Positions 44,257-47,013 of a stretch of DNA of 47,013 bases are shown here, piece by piece. The position numbers and the translations under genes were made by a program. Under the pieces are notes generated by a model that saw only the letters and a list, made by a program, of their open reading frames with translations, was not told where the DNA came from and did no database searches. Each line of letters starts with the position of its first letter. Position 1 is the first letter of the stretch. This DNA is from Actinomycetales bacterium (GTDB lineage: Bacteria > Actinomycetota > Actinomycetes > Actinomycetales > CAVURS01), in contig JBJMHS010000041.1 in NCBI GenBank assembly GCA_045807245.1, forward strand, positions 1-47,013, read 5' to 3'.

Positions 44257-45117
44257 TCAGTCGGGTTCGAGGGCGGCCCAGCCGGACTTCTCCGGCGCCG
44301 CGGCCCGGCCCTGGGGGCAGTGGGCCCGGAAGTCGCACCAGCCGCAGATAGGACCCGTCCGCGGCGCGAACACCTCGTCGACAGCAGCCGGGCCCTCGGC
44401 CATGACACGGTCGTGAGCCGCATCGGCGAGCGCCAGGTCCGCCGCGATCGACTCAGCCTCGGACACCTTGCGGGACAACGACTCCGGCGTATGCCGGTGG
44501 ACAGCGACCTCGCCGGACGGCACGTGGTGCAGCTCGACCCGCAGGCAGTCCCGGCGGAAGATCGCGGCTGCCGCGGCGGCGTAGATGCCGAGCGCCAGCG
44601 ACGTGCGGGCCTCGTCCGCATCCGGCGTGCGCCGGCTGGTCTTGTAGTCCACGACGACGAGCTCGCCGTCGCGGTCGTCGAGCCGGTCGACCCGGCCCTG
44701 CAGCACGGTGGTCCGGGTCTTCAGGGCGACGCTGCGTTCGACGCCGAGCGGCTGGTCCGCGGGGTCGAGCCGCTCGACGTACGCCGCCGTCTGCACCGCC
44801 GCGGCCGCCCGCCAGCGTTCCGACTGCCCCGCGTCCCGGAACCCCGCGCTGATCCACGAGCTGCGGACCAGCGCGGCGGCCAGGCTGGGCGTACGGCGTT
44901 CCGGCCGTTCGTCCCACCAGCGCGCCAGCGCCGTGTGCACCGCCACGCCGAGGCTGGTGTGCGCTCGCTGCGGTGCCTTCTGCGGCCGCGGCGCGTCGAG
45001 GTACTCGAACCGGTAACGCCGCGGGCAGTCGAGCCAGGCCAGCAACCGCGACGGCGAGGCGAGGTACAGGCGGTTCGGGAGGCCAGGCAGCTCGCCCTGG
45101 CGCATGGGTTCCGCCAT
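44257..45117 (-). CDS. RecB-family PD-(D/E)XK exonuclease
   Basis: SPSRL...DCPRRY, GRVDRLD...VDYKT and CGWCDFRAHCP. Confidence 0.88.
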   Translation of the reverse strand: MAEPMRQGELPGLPNRLYLASPSRLLAWLDCPRRYRFEYLDAPRPQKAPQRAHTSLGVAVHTALARWWDERPERRTPSLAAALVRSSWISAGFRDAGQSERWRAAAAVQTAAYVERLDPADQPLGVERSVALKTRTTVLQGRVDRLDDRDGELVVVDYKTSRRTPDADEARTSLALGIYAAAAAAIFRRDCLRVELHHVPSGEVAVHRHTPESLSRKVSEAESIAADLALADAAHDRVMAEGPAAVDEVFAPRTGPICGWCDFRAHCPQGRAAAPEKSGWAALEPD

Positions 45118-45121
45118 GAGG

Positions 45122-45739
45122 TCAGCCGGCCCCGACGATGAAGGCGCGTACGGCGTCGGCGACCAGCTGGACGGCGATGGCCGACAACAGCAGGCCGGCG
45201 ATCCGGGTGACCAACGTCGTCCCGCCGTCACCGAGCACCCGGTGGATCCGCCCCGCGAACCGCATGGCCAGCCACAGGCAGACGTGCACCAACAGCACGC
45301 CGACGCCGACCGCGACGTACTCGGACAGGTGGTCGGCGCGCTGGACGAACACCATCGTGGCGACGATCGCACCCGGACCGGCCAGCAGAGGTGTGCCCAG
45401 CGGCACCAGCGCGACGTTGACACCCTCGGCCCCGCCCGGCGCCTCGCTGCGCCCGGTGAGCAGCTCGAGCGCGACCAGCAGGAGCAACAGTCCGCCGGCG
45501 CACTGCAGGGCGGGCAGGCTGATGTTGAGATAGTCGAGCAGCTGTTGGCCGAACACGGCGAACGCCACGATGACGCCGAAGGCCACCACGACGGCCTGTC
45601 GGGCCGCCCGCACGCGCTGGCGTCCGGTCATGGACGCAGTCAGCGCGATGAAGATCGGCACCGTCCCGGGCGGGTCCATGATGACGAACAGGGTGACGAA
45701 GGCCGAGCCCAACAGCTCCAGGTCGATGACCGAGCTCAC
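45122..45739 (-). CDS. MarC family membrane protein
   Basis: FVIMDPPG, VPLGTPLLAGPGAI and TRIAGLLLSAIAVQ. Confidence 0.93.
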   Translation of the reverse strand: MSSVIDLELLGSAFVTLFVIMDPPGTVPIFIALTASMTGRQRVRAARQAVVVAFGVIVAFAVFGQQLLDYLNISLPALQCAGGLLLLLVALELLTGRSEAPGGAEGVNVALVPLGTPLLAGPGAIVATMVFVQRADHLSEYVAVGVGVLLVHVCLWLAMRFAGRIHRVLGDGGTTLVTRIAGLLLSAIAVQLVADAVRAFIVGAG

Positions 45740-46581
45740 GAGCGCACGACCGGTACTCCAGTGGCGAGAGCCTCGATCTGTTGCAGCACAAGGGGATCGG
45801 TGGTTCGCTCACCGAGCTTGCTGACCTTGCCGGTCCCGTGATAGTCGCTCGAACCGGTGACCAGGAGGCCGAGGTCGGCCGCCAGCTCCTGGGCCCGCCG
45901 CACGTTGCCGTCGTCGTGGTCGGGGTGGAACACCTCGATGCCGACCAGCCCGGCGTCCGCCAGCTGGCCGATGGCGGTCTCGCTCACGACCCGGCCGCGG
46001 CGATGAGCCAGCGGGTGGGCCATGACGGGCACGCCACCCGCGTCGCGGACCAGCTGCACGGCGCGCCGGGCGTCGATGGCGTAGTGGCCGACGTAGTACC
46101 GCCCGTGCGACGACAGGATGTCCGCGAACGCCTCGTCCCGGTTGCTCACGATTCCCTTGCGTACCAACGCATCCGCCATGTGCGGCCGGCCCAGGCTGGC
46201 TCCCGGCCGCGCGTGCGCCATCACGTCGGCCCAGCTGATGTCGTAGTCCTCGGACAGCAGCTCCACCATGTGCTGGGCCCGATGCTCGCGGCTGGCCCGT
46301 GCCTCCTCGACCTCGGCGGCCAGGAGCGGATGGGCCGGGTCGTGCAGGTAGCTCAGGAGATGGACGCTGATCCCGTTCACCGCGCAGGAGATCTCCATCC
46401 CCCGGACCAGACCGACGCCGTACGCCCGAGCCGCCTCGGCCGCCTCCTGCCAACCCGCCGTCGTGTCGTGGTCGGTGATGGCGACGACGTCGATGCCGGA
46501 CACGGCCGCCGCCTCGACCAGCTGAGCCGGCGCGTCCGTCCCGTCGGACGCCGAGGAGTGGGCGTGCAGGTCGATACGCAC
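45736..46581 (-). CDS. PHP domain phosphoesterase (TrpH/YciV-like)
   Basis: DLHAHSSASDG, AITDHDT, GRPH, MAHP and GSSDYHG. Confidence 0.93.
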   Translation of the reverse strand: MRIDLHAHSSASDGTDAPAQLVEAAAVSGIDVVAITDHDTTAGWQEAAEAARAYGVGLVRGMEISCAVNGISVHLLSYLHDPAHPLLAAEVEEARASREHRAQHMVELLSEDYDISWADVMAHARPGASLGRPHMADALVRKGIVSNRDEAFADILSSHGRYYVGHYAIDARRAVQLVRDAGGVPVMAHPLAHRRGRVVSETAIGQLADAGLVGIEVFHPDHDDGNVRRAQELAADLGLLVTGSSDYHGTGKVSKLGERTTDPLVLQQIEALATGVPVVRS

Positions 46582-46607
46582 GGCGGCCAGCCTAGGCCGC
46601 AGCGCGG

Positions 46608-47012
46608 TCAGGTCAGGTGCGGGCTCGGGGCGCCTGTGGGTACGTCGAGCGGATGACCCGGGTCACGCACGTCGATCAGCCGCAGCCCCTCCAGGACCAT
46701 CGCCCCGGCGCTCGCCGGCCACATCACCATCCAGAGCCAGTCGCCGTGAGCCTCGCCGACGTACGCCGCGCGGTCGGACTCCGCCGGGACGCACCACAGC
46801 GGCGCCGGGTGTCCCGCGGCGTACACCTTCGCCTGCGGACCGCCGTCCAGCAGCGCGCCGGACAGGGAGTCGCCCGGGTCGATCTCGGTGAGCCCGGCCA
46901 GGCTCGCGCCCAGCCCGACCGCCGGCTGCTCGGCGATCAGCAGGAGGTCGGCCGTCGGCATGTGCGCCGGTGCGTGGCCGGGCAGAGGGTTCGGGCCGGA
47001 CAGCGCGACGAC
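46608..47012 (-). CDS. DUF6758 family protein, 5'-truncated by the window edge
   Basis: Frame open to the edge: ALSGPNPL...ADLLLIAEQPAVGLGA...AGHPAPLW...DRAAYVGEA. Confidence 0.8.
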   Translation of the reverse strand, partial: VVALSGPNPLPGHAPAHMPTADLLLIAEQPAVGLGASLAGLTEIDPGDSLSGALLDGGPQAKVYAAGHPAPLWCVPAESDRAAYVGEAHGDWLWMVMWPASAGAMVLEGLRLIDVRDPGHPLDVPTGAPSPHLT

Positions 47013-47013
47013 C

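Noticed and set aside
44257..45117. cas4 gene
   Set aside because: It has RecB-like motifs and four Cys, but it is a solo gene in the PHP-MarC operon with no cas1/cas2 or array.

Overview
High-GC actinobacterial chromosomal segment, largely syntenic with the M. tuberculosis Rv3193c-Rv3211 block (synteny from recall, not from a search). Core order: UPF0182, PPA1309, YlbL, moaE, SDR, DUF2342, NUDIX, M48, DUF5679, ThiF-like, ABC1 kinase, whiB7, uvrD2, mrx1, nudC, adnAB, ATL, moeZ, DUF3152, TetR, DUF3107, MiaE-like, rhlE, RecB-like nuclease, MarC, PHP, DUF6758. Accessory inserts are a RibD_C-DGPF-ECF42 sigma operon with its own promoter, pyruvate carboxylase, a secreted malectin/beta-propeller protein and a roughly 3.45 kb integrase-less cassette. 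The cassette is the most unusual feature. It encodes a secreted 4-Cys protein, an ABC ATPase and two membrane proteins. It lies between 122-bp direct repeats that duplicate the 3' end of pyc, and it is bracketed by tandem ~32-bp REP-like palindromes. Readable regulatory elements include a complete whiB7 uORF/attenuator, PafBC-type promoters at uvrD2 and adnAB, three SigR/SigH-type promoters, a shared bidirectional -10 and a candidate hairpin sRNA. No rRNA, tRNA, CRISPR array or transposase was seen.
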